A DNA stretch of 64,000 nucleotides from contig JALDTO010000288.1 of assembly GCA_023515725.1 (NCBI GenBank), positions 124,001-188,000 of the forward strand. Reading direction: 5' to 3'. This DNA comes from Amoeboaphelidium protococcarum X5. Taxonomy: Eukaryota > Fungi > Aphelidiomycota. Below the pieces are notes generated by a model, which was given only the letters and a program-made list of their open reading frames with translations, did not search any database and was not told the DNA's origin. Position numbers and translations under genes: made by a program. Each line of letters starts with the position of its first letter. The first letter of the stretch is position 1. Of this stretch, positions 15,344-28,967 are shown piece after piece.

Positions 15344-15879
15344 ATTACGTTGAGATCCCAATTCAATTGATATCACAAACTAAATAATTTTAAATTGATA
15401 AACTTTAGGAGAGAGGACTACGTATAAATTAAATATCAGGCTGATGTGAGTCAATACAATACGCCAGATATCAGACAGAAGAATTATCTGCAGTGATGAA
15501 ATCAGAAATCGATAAAGCGCGCTCAACAAAGACGGAAAGAAGAAGTCGATTGAAGCCGGACGAACATGCGGGAGTGTCTTCAATATAACGAACCTCTTTC
15601 ATTCCCGTCCCGTTCGTTTCAGTCGCGTGATAACTGCTCCAGTCAGTCAGCCCTCTTCTCTCTTCCTGTTCCTTTGCAATATTCTGCTTGTATCCTGTTT
15701 CTATTCTCGTTCTGTTAATTGTTTCATTTCCCATTAGTATTTTAGTTAGTTTGCGTCAATTTCAAATTGAGTTTCTTATATCCGTTTGACTCACCTCTTT
15801 TGGTCAGTAAAAGTGCAGATTGGACTGTCTCTTTCTCTCTCCCTGTATTTCTCTCTAAACCAGATTATAAATATATTTG

Positions 15880-17109
15880 ATGGATCAATTTGTTGTACTG
15901 AGTGGTCTTGATCCCACACTTTATTAGTTACCTCATTTGTAAAGTGTATTTGTACTCAAGTAGTCTTATCAGTAGAAGTTGTTGGAATAATAATCATAAC
16001 AGTTCAAGTTTGTGGATGGTTTGGTCAAGTTTGTATTTGATCTCAATTCTAGCGGTATTGAGTAGTAGAATAAAGGTGGTGCTAATAATAACGTGTTCAG
16101 TGTAAGTAAGAGTCTGAACGCGTAGATTGTTGCTCATCAGGCAGCTTCGTTTGTAAAGAGCATATAGCCTGATTTGATACTTGTGGTGATTGACCGTTTT
16201 GATGAGCATATTCTGTTGAACGCCGTGTAGTCTATTGAATAGCTTGCTAACTGTGTTGATGTTAATGTAGTGGATCATAGTACGGATAATTAGCAGTTCA
16301 AATTTCCCTGTCACATTGTGATTGTAGTCAATACAGCGGGAGTGAAGGAGTTTGAGGACGCGTATGGGTCAGATATGGTAGACTTTGTGCAATAAGCATT
16401 GCGGGTACTTGCTCTTTAGTTTAACTGTACTCTATTCTTCACCAATACTTTCAAGAGTGAAAAAGTGCGAGGATGTCTACAATTCTTAGTGTAGAATATT
16501 GAGTTAGATGCACTACAATACTCTACAGATAATCAAGTGGAACCTGAGGTTGTTGATAGAGATTCGCTGTTTGTACCTTCAGGTTGGGATTCCATGGGGA
16601 AGATTTTAGTGCTCAACGAGTAATTTGAATATGAAAAGTTTCTGGTATAGAACGATAATAAAGGTCTGAACTTTACACAGGTTACATCTTATTGCCGCAT
16701 TGGCCAGTCCGTCGATACTACTGAAGTGTAAACTTAGAGCTAAATACCTGATGATTATTAACGGTTTTTGCAGTAGCTTAGTAAGTAGTACGGTATATCA
16801 TCTGCCAAGGCTCCATCACCTGGACCTTTGGCCGGTGGTGGCGGCTCAAAGTCTAAAAATTCAAGTCAGCAAGATTTGCTGCAATCCTCCTCTGCTGCTA
16901 CTGGTGGTGCAGATTCGGCTAGTTCTACACAGAATCAAGTGTTGGCGAATTTCTTTTCCAGTCTATTGAAAAAGGGCGGTGGTGGTGCACAAAGTTCTGG
17001 TAGCACCTCCTCTTCCATTGGCTCAAGCTAGGCGGGTAATTAAAAGTTGACGAGGGAACAGGCTGAGGCTGAACTAAAGAAACTCAAAGCGAAATAGTAA
17101 TCAAAATGA
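15880..17109 (+). CDS. DLIC: Cytoplasmic dynein light intermediate chain
   Basis: DFVQQALRVLAL, VVDRDSLFVPSGWDSMGKI, QVLANFFSSLLKK. Confidence 0.85.
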
Positions 17110-17227
17110 ATTCGATTTGCATCCTTAATAATCAGAATTAAATTGCCTTGCATTTATTAAAGTTTTAATCATCGAATTCTCTCGTAATCTTTAAAAATCC
17201 AGGAGATTGTTTAAACTTGCATCGGAA

Positions 17228-19606
17228 TCACTTTTAAGAAGAGCCAAACTTGCTCAGAATGTCCACCAATTGTTCACTACTTTCCACATGCCAGTCAGCC
17301 AGAGTCATCTTGGCTGCCGTACCAATGGTACAAGTAATGATGTTGCATGCTGGACCGTCTTACACTTGAGCGCCCACTGTCAATTCTTTGTTGTCAAGTG
17401 CAGCCGCTGGTGTCTAGCACTTTCTCAACTATCTGAACATATCTTCATCAGTCTTGTCGTCACCGGCACAGAATACAAAGTCTGCTCCAGCGTGCAGCTA
17501 CATCAACTTATTCACAATCTCTCCCTTGTTAATAGCTTGTGGACGTATCTCCAGATTCTTCTTACCAACCAGCACCTCAACTGGCAGTTTTGATATGATC
17601 GCATTCTCCAAATGATTATGACACTCTTTTGCCTACCATGAACCATAGCTTGGATCAGCCAAACGATAGTGCCAAGTGAGAGAACTTCTCTTCTCCTCAA
17701 TAAATGACCCCGGTGTACGCTCAGTGTAATACTCAAATATTGGCAATACATCATCCTTCCATGACAAATCAATCTCCTCCGACAAATTAATCCACTTATC
17801 AGAGCCTACGTACTTGATAAAACACCCATGCTCTGCGGACATGCCCAAATTCTTCACAGATCCCAGCCAACCGTCCAACGCCACCTGATCTCTACCAGAT
17901 ACAACGTATACAATTGTATTATCATCACTCGTCAGCTTTGCCAGAGATTCAACAGTCAAATCGGAAGGAATCGCAGCATTGGGAGTCTTTCTAATTGGGG
18001 TAAGAGTTCCATCATAGTCTAGGAAGAATATTCTCTTCTTGGACTTCGTATACATGTCAACACACTATTGAATATCCAAGACTGGAGTAGGATTCTACTG
18101 CTCTGGCTACAATGCTGTCAACACCATTTAGTCAACAAAAGACTTGGCCCAGTTCTGTGCATTATTTCTCTTCACATACTCGTACAACTGTCTGTGCTTA
18201 TCTTCTTTATCTTTGGCAGACATTGACAGGGCATTATTGATAGACTTTGCAACTCCAACATAATCCCAAGGATTAACCAGAATGGCATCTTGCAATGATC
18301 CAGCTGTGCCCGTAAATTCACTTAGAATCAAAGGGCCATGATTCTCTTGCTAGCATACAATGTACTCATGACTACTAGTGTTCATTCCATCACGGACACT
18401 TGTAATCAATGCAACATCAGCTATGCTCAGCAGGGCATAGTACTCGTCTCTCTCAATGACTTAATGGTAATGATGCACAGGCACGAATCCCAAAGAGCCA
18501 TAACTACCATTAATCCTGGAGACCAACTCTGAAATCTACGTCTCTAGCTTCGGAGAGGATGACTCTGTAGGAGACGTGACTTGAATCAGCACAACTTAAT
18601 CCTGCCACTCTGGGTACTAATCAAGAAACTTTTCGAATGCATTCAACTTGTGCTAGACACCCTTGATCTAGTCCAACTTATCCCGGCCAATGATAATCTT
18701 CTTGCCAGCATACATTTCTCTGATAGACGCAATCTTTGCTAGAACACTGGGCTTATGACGGTTCTTTTCCGCTTCATCGACATCAATACCAATGGGAAAC
18801 ACCTAAATAGAGACAAATCTACCATCATCCTCAACACCCTTGGAATTACTTTCACATCCAAGTATACGAGTGCAGGCAGAGATGAAGTGTCTCGCGTAAG
18901 AGTACGTCTGGAAGCCAATCAGATTACTACCCAACATACCTTTAAGCACATCTTTACGCTGAGGCAGACACCTGAAGATTTCACTCGAAGGGAACGGCGT
19001 ATGGAGGAAGAATCCAATTACAGCATCGGGTATCAGTTCACGCAGCATCTGTGGCAGTAACAGGAAATGATAGTCGTGTATCCATATATGATCTCCCGGT
19101 TGATACTCTTGGGCAATTTCCTTGGCAAACTGCTGATTAACCTTGATATAGTCAGCCCACCATTACTTCTCCTTAGTTCCATCAGAAGGTTGCCACATAA
19201 TGTAATGAAACAGTGGCCACAGGTTAGTTTTACAGAAGCCTTCATAATGCCCGTTAGATTACTAGACATCAATATGAATGGGGCGAACATTGTACTTTTT
19301 CTGCAGCGCTTAATGTACAGCCTTGTCATCAGACTCGATCGATCCAATGATCACCGCATTATCCAGAGACTGAATGCCCGCGAACAGAGCACCAAAATCA
19401 CGCCTGACTCCAAACTTGAACTCTGCATCCATCAACTTATGGCCATTAGCTTCCTCATGGTTAACAGCATTATTACCTTCCACAGAACCATTCGTTACAT
19501 CTTACTCTCCATTCAATTGCTCGGACCGAACACAAGTGTATGGTAAGAAGTGTGTTACAATCAACGCCCGACCACCAGTATTTCCACTTCCATTCTCAAC
19601 TTTCAT
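17228..19606 (-). CDS. TPS2: Trehalose-6-phosphate synthase/phosphatase (GT20 + HAD TPP domain, Tps2-type)
   Basis: LWPLFHY, HDYH, FFLHTPFPSSE, RDGMNTS, ILSEFTG, FLDYDGTL and GDDKTDEDMF. Confidence 0.93.
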
Positions 19607-19796
19607 CTTTTATTGTAATGTATATTTACTAAAAGCAGCAATAGACACAAAAACTTGGATTAGATAAAATTAGTAGCCACTGTGTAATTTACCACTTTAC
19701 AAAGACCACACAGTAATACAGATGTGACGAGGAGAAACGCGATAAGAAGAAATGAACGAATTTTGAGAGAACGAGCGAATCGATGGAGAACGATGA

Positions 19797-19817
19797 ATGA
19801 TTGATTGATTGATTGAT
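19797..19817. repeat. Short (ATTG)n microsatellite upstream of TPS2
   Basis: Tandem TGAT/ATTG units. Confidence 0.55.
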
Positions 19818-20334
19818 CGAATGATGAATAGGGATGAATGCATGTTGAAGGGAACGAACGATTAAAGTTGATTCTTGATGAAGATGATGACAACATTACG
19901 TCCTCGATAAGATACAAGAGATATTTAACATTAATTATTAACTAAGATGCTGTTAAATCGATATATAGTTGTGTTGACGCGTCTAGTTACTAAATGTTCT
20001 CGTCATACCGTGTCCTATTTACTGTAGATGCAATTAAGTTTCAACAAGTTTTCAAAATCTCATAAATTTAATGGTGCTGCATTCAGTGTCATTGCTAGGG
20101 TAGCCCTTATAGATGGGTGGTTTTAGAATTGAATAATACTGTAATGTTGGTATAATGATGACGCGTTTTGATTGTCATACTACCAAATTTTATTGATTGA
20201 GATGTATATGATTCTACCCCAATGTGTTGGGAGTCTTTTGAAGAGACTTCAGGGGTGGGTGAATTAAAGTGATTGGGTCCGCCTTTGCCACTTTCACTTA
20301 CTATCTCGAGTTATTACGATCACTCCCTAGCGTA

Positions 20335-21234
20335 ATGTCTATACAAAGCATATTTGAGGATTTATTCATCATAATACGAGGTCTTTTGGCTTTTATAATT
20401 CTCTTAACGGTGTCAACGGCAGCCTACGGTATCAATGATCTTGTTGGATCAATTCTTGGATGGGTTGCTGCACTGAAGAACAGGTAGAATGGAGGATTGA
20501 CGAAGTAGCAAATCTGGCGCGATTTGGCGGTGCTTGCCTTTGGGTTGGCTCTAATATTGTAATGCACTTACAGTATTTATCAACTTTAAATGCAGAAGGC
20601 CTTGAGCCATGGGTTCTCAGACTAGTCGCTGTGGACACTGATCATTGTCTCCTGGATTGTGGCGTTAATTCTAACGTTCACTGTATAGCAGTCTTACTCA
20701 GACAAGTACATTAAACGTGATGATCTCTCTTAGTTAAGCACTTTTAAGAATGGGGCGCGATTTACCTTATACTCCATCACATCAGGTATATTTCTGTGTA
20801 CGCTGTTTGTAATGTCATTTGCTAAATACGACGATGTACTCGTGTTGAGCAATCTGTAATCTATCTATGACGGTGATGATCAGTCCCAGATTACGCAGAT
20901 GCCTAGAATTCTTTTGTTGGCTCTGATTGCATACTGTCCTTGTATATTCTAGTATGTGATGTTTAGTTTGCAAGAGAGCTATAGTATTATGTCATTTATA
21001 AGCATCCCGCTAACGCGTTATGCATTGGTAATCATTGTTTGGCTGATTGAACTCTTTGGATACAGTTATATGATTGATTAGTTGGTAGTATACGCGTATC
21101 TTGGTCCTCTAGGATTGCCTTTGTTGATATCAATGGTAATATTCTAGATCATGGCACTGTTATTTGAAAACTTCTACGGTACAGTCCTTAAAATGAGCTT
21201 GCCTTAGCATGTCCCTTTGTCTGTAAAGGCGTGA
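20335..21234 (+). CDS. Uncharacterised multi-pass (about 7 TM) membrane protein, ~299 aa
   Basis: Open under TAR=Gln from ATG 20335 to TGA 21232-21234. Seven hydrophobic segments. Confidence 0.7.
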
Positions 21235-21445
21235 GTTTATTCTAATTCAAAAGCATTTGGTAAGATGTAGTTTTACGGAATCATTTACGAAGTTATGGAA
21301 ATATACTAATAACTAAGAGTTAGGATTATATCATTCTTCTATCATCTTTATATTCAGCCACTGAGACAATACTTATTGACTTCGCCTTTCAAAAGCTGTA
21401 TGATAACATCAATAAAGAAAATTACACCTTCTACGCAGTCATTCA

Positions 21446-23176
21446 TCACATAAGATATCTGACCCAACGATTCAGTCGACTGTAAAAGACATTAATCCAG
21501 CCTTAATTTGTATTATCTTGCCTCGAAATGAACTTTGAACGAACTATAGAACCCGCAAAATAAGCTGTCACCATTTCTGGATCACCTTTAAGTAGATGGC
21601 GCAATTGATCGCCGGGATTAAGCCCATGCCATGTAAATGATACCATTTCCAAGTGAGCGAATGCCTTCTATTTAGCAAACATTTGTACAGAAGATGACCA
21701 GTCAACGTGAAGTAACTGATCGACTTAGGACCATGTTTGAATTACAATTTATAGTCGCTTAACTGGTAATTTTCCAATGTGATTCAAAAATCCTTTAATC
21801 TACCCTATACTCAGTATATCCGGATTTAGAATTATCGCGTAATCTTGCAACAAACGTTAACTTTTTAGTTTACCAACAGCACTGGAGACATGTTTAGAGA
21901 GTTCCGCCACCGAATCAAAAGGTGTTGCATGAGACGTAACGTCAAAATTCAAGTAACCATATAGCTGCAAACTTCTTCCATACAAACGTAATATACGCGC
22001 GCCATGCATTTACCAACTATAAGATCCATATAAAATCTAAACATTCATCTTTGAATCAACAGTTGATATAGCGTCCCAGAAAGCTCCACAATATTCTAAA
22101 TTGCCGTATACACCCTCACTTATGCTAAATGTGTATACCACATCCCGTCGATTCTTGGTGAACTACTGCAAAGAGCTCAGTAACAAGGAGAGAGATTATT
22201 GCAATTACATAGGAGACAGAAGAAGTCCGTCAACAACAATGTCATGAATGTTGACATCAATCTTATCTAGCTCGTGAGGATTAAAACTGGCGCCGAGAGG
22301 ATCAAAGATTATGCTATCTGCAGTATTAATTTAATTCAAACTTTGACCACCTAATGAAACCAAGAGCAAGATGGAGTAGCGCAATGTCAAGTTGCTTTCA
22401 CCTTTGACAGATTCACCTTCATTTTAAGTAGCTGATATTCTATCACGTAACTACTATAGATTGCGCTGACGCACTGTTTAACGCAAAAAGATCCTGGCTA
22501 TTCCATCATCCGACGTAACAATTTCAGCCTTTTCATACGCTTTTATTGCCAGCGTCACTCGAAACGGTAATGCACTCAATTAAGACAGATAATCACTATG
22601 CTACGACAACTAGTGCATTTGAGAGCATGATAAAACAATATTCAAGCTGAAATCTTCAATAACAGACATTTCAGTAATTACCTACAAGACCTTGTCCAAC
22701 TTTGAGAGTAGCTCATATGATAAAATATCAACATCATCGTGCTGATTGTCAAAGTCGACCGTCATTCGGTTGTGTAAAATCAACTCTCTTGCCAGCAGAC
22801 TAGCTTTATTAAAATCGTCATACAAGACCAACGAAGACCTAAATAGCCTGTACATCAGGCTATGGAATCTTTACTGCGTGCACCAACACGACTACTGGGG
22901 CATGAAATTTCGCAACTTGACGGATACCTATTTCAGAGGCATTCCACGTTCACAATACAATCTCACGCGGTTGAAGTACACTTGAGGATCTTCTGTAGAT
23001 TTCCATTCAGGCTTATTACCGTCAAACCAAAATTGGTGAATATTTTCTAAAACAGGCAAAGGAAGATTAGTGATATCCAAGACACCAGTATCGCTCTCAG
23101 TGCATAATACCTATACCATGAGTAAGACGTATAAGGATAACACGCGTGACCAGACGCGTTAACCAGCCATTTTACA
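21446..23176 (-). CDS. Secreted ~576-aa protein with an F-box-like motif directly after the signal peptide
   Basis: Uninterrupted ORF. MQMAGQRVWSRVLSLYVLLMVQVLC then LDITNLPLPVLENIHQFW. Confidence 0.65.
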
Positions 23177-23351
23177 TCAATATTAAGCTACAAAAATCAA
23201 ATTACAAGGTGCAAGTAAAATAGGAAGGTCTTTTCAGGGAAATCCATATCAGAACAGCCCCTGTTTGATTCTTCATTGGCCAATCAAAGATCGATTTTGA
23301 CTTCCCTAAACTGCATAACGCAATAGATAAAATCGATTTCTAATCCAAAGC

Positions 23352-24212
23352 ATGATGATTGAAATTCCAGATATGAAAGTATTCGAGAACAGATGGGTGG
23401 AAATTTAGATTCTGTATTCCTGCTTATACACATTTGGCATTCTGAACGTGGTGGCGAGTGTATTGGGAATGTCTGTCACTTCGATGCAGACGCGAATGCC
23501 CATATCCATCACTATTGCATGCTCCTGTTTGGCCGTCTCCTTACCATATAGCCTCTATACATTTTATCAACTCTATGCACGATGTAGCTAATATATTGGT
23601 TATTACTCGGTGCCATTAATACTTGTATCTATTCTATTGGGTGTCGCTTTAGGAATTTATTTGTTCAAATCTGTCAGTCGCGTTACTATAAAATGCGCTG
23701 GTTATTCTAAATCAAGGTATTGGATATGCTTTTACGCGTCCACGTCCGTGTTTCTAATGAGCTGGTACAATGGACTTTAGAATGACGATGGAATACTACA
23801 CCTCTTGGACGGTACTAATCTTATCAGTAGCTTGTAAAGTGGCATCGTATTTAAAGGCCATGAATACTTTACAGCTGGCTATTTCCTACTAACATTCTCT
23901 CACGTGTTGATTGACTTTGTCTATTGGTTCTAGTGCGTTGATAGCGCCTCTAGATGGCATCAGTTTTTATTTGTTGTGCTAAGGTATGCTGTGCTGTTTC
24001 CCCTCCTAGATCTAAGCGTTCCATCGACTGATCTATACAGTGTGGCTTTGCTGTTTGTAAGCACAGTCGGTGTTGTGGGAGTGACTCTGTACAATATGTT
24101 CTTCATCATGGATCTGTGGGAGGGAGTGCGAATGAGACCATAACCCATTGATGCTCTTCCATTAACAAAGCACTCCAAGATGACTATCAACTGTTTGATT
24201 GTACAGTGCTGA
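23352..24212 (+). CDS. Uncharacterised multi-pass (about 7 TM) membrane protein, ~286 aa; probable distant paralogue of 20335-21234
   Basis: Open ORF with about 7 hydrophobic segments. Shares YxxYQL and RYA motifs with the 20335 gene. Confidence 0.65.
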
Positions 24213-24445
24213 ATTGATTGTATCATTTATTGCTATCTTTTTTTCTATACGTGTTCCTACACACGTGCTTATTCACTAAAGACTCTCACAATGATGTTTC
24301 TCTCTGCCTCTCTCTCTCTCGTGTTTCTTCTCGCGGTGCTTCTTTCCCAAATTGACGCGATCGTTTCTCCTTCGTTCATCGGTTCTCTCTACTAACCTTC
24401 TTCTGTATTTGTATTGTTTTTGAGAAGGTACTGTAATTTGAGGAT

Positions 24446-27400
24446 ATGGAGTTTAATTTGAATACACTTATCAAAGTGAAATATGGCAGTGGTGTCAAAT
24501 AATTGCTTGAATTATTGAGTAAAGATGAAGAGTGGTTGGTGGATATGAGTGATATAGTCAAGATGTAGGTACTAACTGAAATTCTCAAGTTGCCAGTTCA
24601 TCATTTGCCGTAGAATTTGCGTCATAATTTGGAGTAGAGTAGTGCTTTAATTCTATAGAACTCTCTCGGCTCTCTGGTGGATGAAGTAAAGCGGCTGTAT
24701 GGTGGTGATGTGAAATAGCGTTTACAAGGGATAGAATCAACTGTGCGTTTGGTCATGGCATTGTGTAAATTTCATCCAGCCATGAAGTTGGATAGTTTAT
24801 TTGTCTCATCTTTGAACAATTTTATTAAAGTATGCCAGAAGATTATTAAAGTTTTATCGAGAGAATATTCAGAAACTTTAAGGTAGTATTCCATAAAGTT
24901 GATTGTGGCGGTCACTCCCATAATAGTCAAAGTGCCTAATTTGGTTGAGCTCATTGATCCACTGTAGCAATTGAGTGCGTACATCATGTTCCATTTGGCT
25001 ACCGTACTCAGTGATTAATCTATTTGGCCTGGCTCTGATGTGAATTCCATGACGTACTGCGCTTAAATATCCTTCCATAATACGGTTTTGGCATAGATTA
25101 TTTCCAGTAGATGTCATGTACGCAATACTCAAGTTTTAAGTACGGTGATGAATTTTCTGCGCAGATTTGATCCTTCCAGACTGCCTTAGAAATCTTTATT
25201 TGTGGACATCATCGTGAGCAGTTTGTAGTATGATGTCGACTTCTGGTCCAACTATATTGATGAGCTTAATAGTTTACTTGAATGTTGCCATGATTTATGC
25301 TTTGTGGATATGAAATACTTGGATCTGCTTACTTTTATGGTTAGAGTATTCCACGATATTGATATACAAAGGCTTCATGTAGTTTTATCTTTGAGAATTG
25401 AAGATTTGGGTAATGAGTATTTGAAATTGTCTCGTAATGGAACTCAGTTCAAGGCTGAATAGAATATAGTCTTTATGCCCAAATTGTACAACATTCTAAT
25501 CCCAGCCGGTACTATGGCTGAATCTGTGTTTATTGAAGAGAGTCAGTAGGTTTTACTCTGGGATTTTAAGGTTGATCTGCTTTAGATTGCAATGTAGGTA
25601 TTATCTTCTGATACTAAGCTGTAAACTACTGATTCGGCTATTGTACATAGTCTATGCTGTCATACCAGACTTATCAGTGCTTTGATTGAACATGAGTTGA
25701 TTGAAATGCCAGAGTCTGTAATTGAATTCTGCTTTAATCTATCATCCACGTTGGCTATGAATAATCAAGGCGCTGAATTTGTTGGTGCTACTATATAGCT
25801 GGCAAATATTGTCTTTTTCTACGCGCCATCTCTAGTATTCTCTCTAGGATCGGAATCATTCTTCCAAGTGGACACTATGAAGAGAATTTGGATGCTTATT
25901 CAAGACCATGCGGCTACTGGCAGCACGAATTGTGAAATGTATATCAGTCTTCTTTCGTCAATGCTGCATATGCTTCGCTCTCAGTGCCTTGTATCCAATG
26001 TTGCCAGTGATTAGGTTGATCCACTATCATTGAACGTGGGCAAATAGATTGCTCTGTTTATTGTGTCTATACTGACAGCTGGTCAATGGAGGAGTAGTGA
26101 ATGGAAGTGTTACACTTAAATAAGTCAACTAATTTACCTTGTTGCTAGTGATTGTTCTCCTTTGCTCGCTTACAAGAGTGGTGAATAGTCTCCTGTTTAA
26201 TTGCAGTAGCCAGTTGCGTAATTTGGAGAGATTTAAAGTTTACTGATGAATCCATAAGTGATGTAATGTATAGCTGGTAACCTTATCCCCTTAGAGTTGC
26301 TGTTAGATGTTGATGGAGACGATTCTTATAATGCTCTTGTATTGAATATCAAATCATTGATTTAGTATGTCGCATTGCAGAATCAAATGACATTGGATGG
26401 CTGTGGATTAGATTTCGCCCAGGTTTTTGATGTGATCATGGCCTATTTATCAAATGAAGATTTGCATTTGCTTACCTTAAATACTCTTCAGTTGGTATCC
26501 GCTCTTGGTAATTCTGCATCATCATCATCATCATCGTCAAACTGTAATTTGTCATCACAATAATGGATATCTATTGTGGTTGCTTGTGTGAAAATTGTGT
26601 CTCTTTAAAGTTCAAGTACGCCTGCCTTATAGATTCCCGCCTATTGCATCCTAGCTTGTAATGGTCTTAATCTGTACGTAGATTAAGATCATGTTAAACA
26701 GGTGATTGATCAGTTCAAGTCATAACTATAATCTAAGCAGAGTTTGGATATATTCACTGGTCATCCTCTTTTGATGCACGTTAATTTAAGTGCCATCAAT
26801 CGCTGGCTGTTCAGGATGTCTCCTGAAGTGCTGGATGATCTGTGTTACACTGTATAGCAGCACATTGAAGCACTTTTGAAGGTTATCACTTTTCAGGAAG
26901 ATTCTGTCAATACTTTCTATTAAATTAGTTGTATTGCACAAATGTTGGATATGATAAGATTTGCGGCGCCGCGACTAAAGTCATTTCAAATTGGCAGCTT
27001 TGTATTTTCTAGACATATTATGGAGCTTCTGGGATACAAAGTTGGTACGGATGTGGATTAGCTACTGAATGATTTGTAAGAAGATTCGAGTATGAACTTG
27101 GAATGGTTTAGAAACATCAATTGGGCTTGCGGTGATTGCTCAGTTTTATCTCTGAATTATGGTCATTCATTCCTGTATGATGTTTCTTCACTAAAGAATT
27201 GTGGTCTACAGTCTTATAAAGTCATTGAAGAGATCAACTTTAGTATGTCTGCCAGGGATTGTCGTATCCATTGTCTCACGTCTTGGGCAGAACTTTTAAT
27301 TACCACCATCAATGGCGGTGGGCGTAACTTTAATCAGAAGCTCCTGACCGGATCGCTTGATTAAGCCTCAAATTTAGCCATGTGCCTGTCTGGATCGACA

Positions 27401-27541
27401 CTATTACTTTCTGTTCAATCTGCATCATCTGTCAATCGTATGCTTTGGACTGTGTGCTGTCACTTGATTCAAAATCTACCTGTCGACAACTAGCTGCTCA
27501 ATCCGAAGGACACGCTGAGAATTATTGAAGCTATCCTGTGA
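24446..27541 (+). CDS. NUP188: Nucleoporin Nup188-like, N-terminal/middle portion (~1031 aa)
   Basis: Alpha-solenoid with IPAGTMAESVFIEESQQVLLWDF (Nup188 IPxGT..W beta insert) and NYGHSFLYD..N..S..D....LTSW. Ends at TGA 27539-27541 without the C-terminal domain. Confidence 0.7.
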
Positions 27542-27696
27542 CAAATATTGATTAATAGTTACAAAGTATGGAAGTGCGTATTCATTTAAAGTTATCACAA
27601 TTTGTTTGCTTTTAGATTCTTCTTTTCTTATCTTGATCGTCAAAAATCGTTAAAAATTATAGTAACGAAATTTATTGGCTTAGTGGTGAAAGAACA

Positions 27697-28670
27697 ATGT
27701 CAAGTAAGTTCTAACCAATGCTCCCATAAAAGTGTTAAATTACTTATATAAGCGAAAATGATTACTTGTAGAATTTAAAATTGCGTTAGTGTAAATGTCA
27801 GTGGGCGACAATGTTGGGGTTAATTTGAACAAGGCGCGATAATTGGTTCTAGATGCCGCATAGAAAGGCTGCCACATGGTGGTTCTACCAGAGTGTTTCA
27901 ACTCTCCTTATGGCACCAAGTATTTCCCTAAATATGCCGAGAGAATCAGCGATAGTGTCAACTTGGCTGACAGCGGCCCGTCAGTCAATGCGTTGAGTCA
28001 AATGGCCCATGATGCGAAAGTACACTTAATCGGCGGTTCTATACCGGAAATTGAACCAGCGAGTGGCAAATTTTATAACACATGCACAGTGTACAATACG
28101 AGTGGTGAATTAATTGCCAAACATAGAAAGTTGCATCTATTCGATATCGATATCCCGGGCAAGATTCGCTTCAAGGAATCTGATATCTTAGCACCTGGCA
28201 ATAAATTGACTCAATTTGAGTTACAGCTCCCTTCCAGTAACGAGGAGAAGAAGCCTTAGATTGTCAAGATTGGACTTGGCATATGTTATGATGTTAGATT
28301 CCCAGAGATGGCAATGATATGTGCGCGTCAAGGCGGATGCCACATGATGGTGTATCCCGGGGCATTCAATATGACCACCGGCCCACTGCATTGGGAACTG
28401 TTGATGAGAGCGAGAGCACTGGACAATTAAATGTTTGTAGCCGCGTGCTCTCCCTCTTCAGTCCCAACTGATGGTGATGATTATGTGGCGTATGGACATT
28501 CTATGGTTGTATCGCCGGCTGGTCAAGTGCTGGATTAATTGGACGGTGATGAAGGCGTGCTGATTGTAGAACTTGATCTCGACTTGATTCAACAAACACG
28601 CCAACAGATTCCCATTTACACTCAGCGAAGATTTGACGTATATCCTGACATTTCATAGTAGAATCAATGA
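27697..28670 (+). CDS. NIT2: Omega-amidase Nit2/Nit3 (carbon-nitrogen hydrolase); intron 27704-27771
   Basis: [50 protein letters not shown](TAA). Confidence 0.95.
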
Positions 28671-28967
28671 TTTACTCCATCTCATTATCTCGCCACCTCT
28701 TATTTAGTAAAAGTATACTTGATTGTATTATTTTGGCAAATTAAGACTCTGTGACCAAATGATATCAACTACAGTTCTCATCAGCATGATCATGCGCGAC
28801 TTGGAAAGCTTTCGCTTAACGTTGCCGTAATTTCTCTTTCCGCAATTGAATTGTTCTTCTCTGATCAATAGTTTAAAGTGGAATTTTTTTTATCACTGTA
28901 TTTGAGTGTACTCACTAACAATCTCTTTGATAATAGTAATTAAATTAAAAAGTAAATAAAAAAGAAT

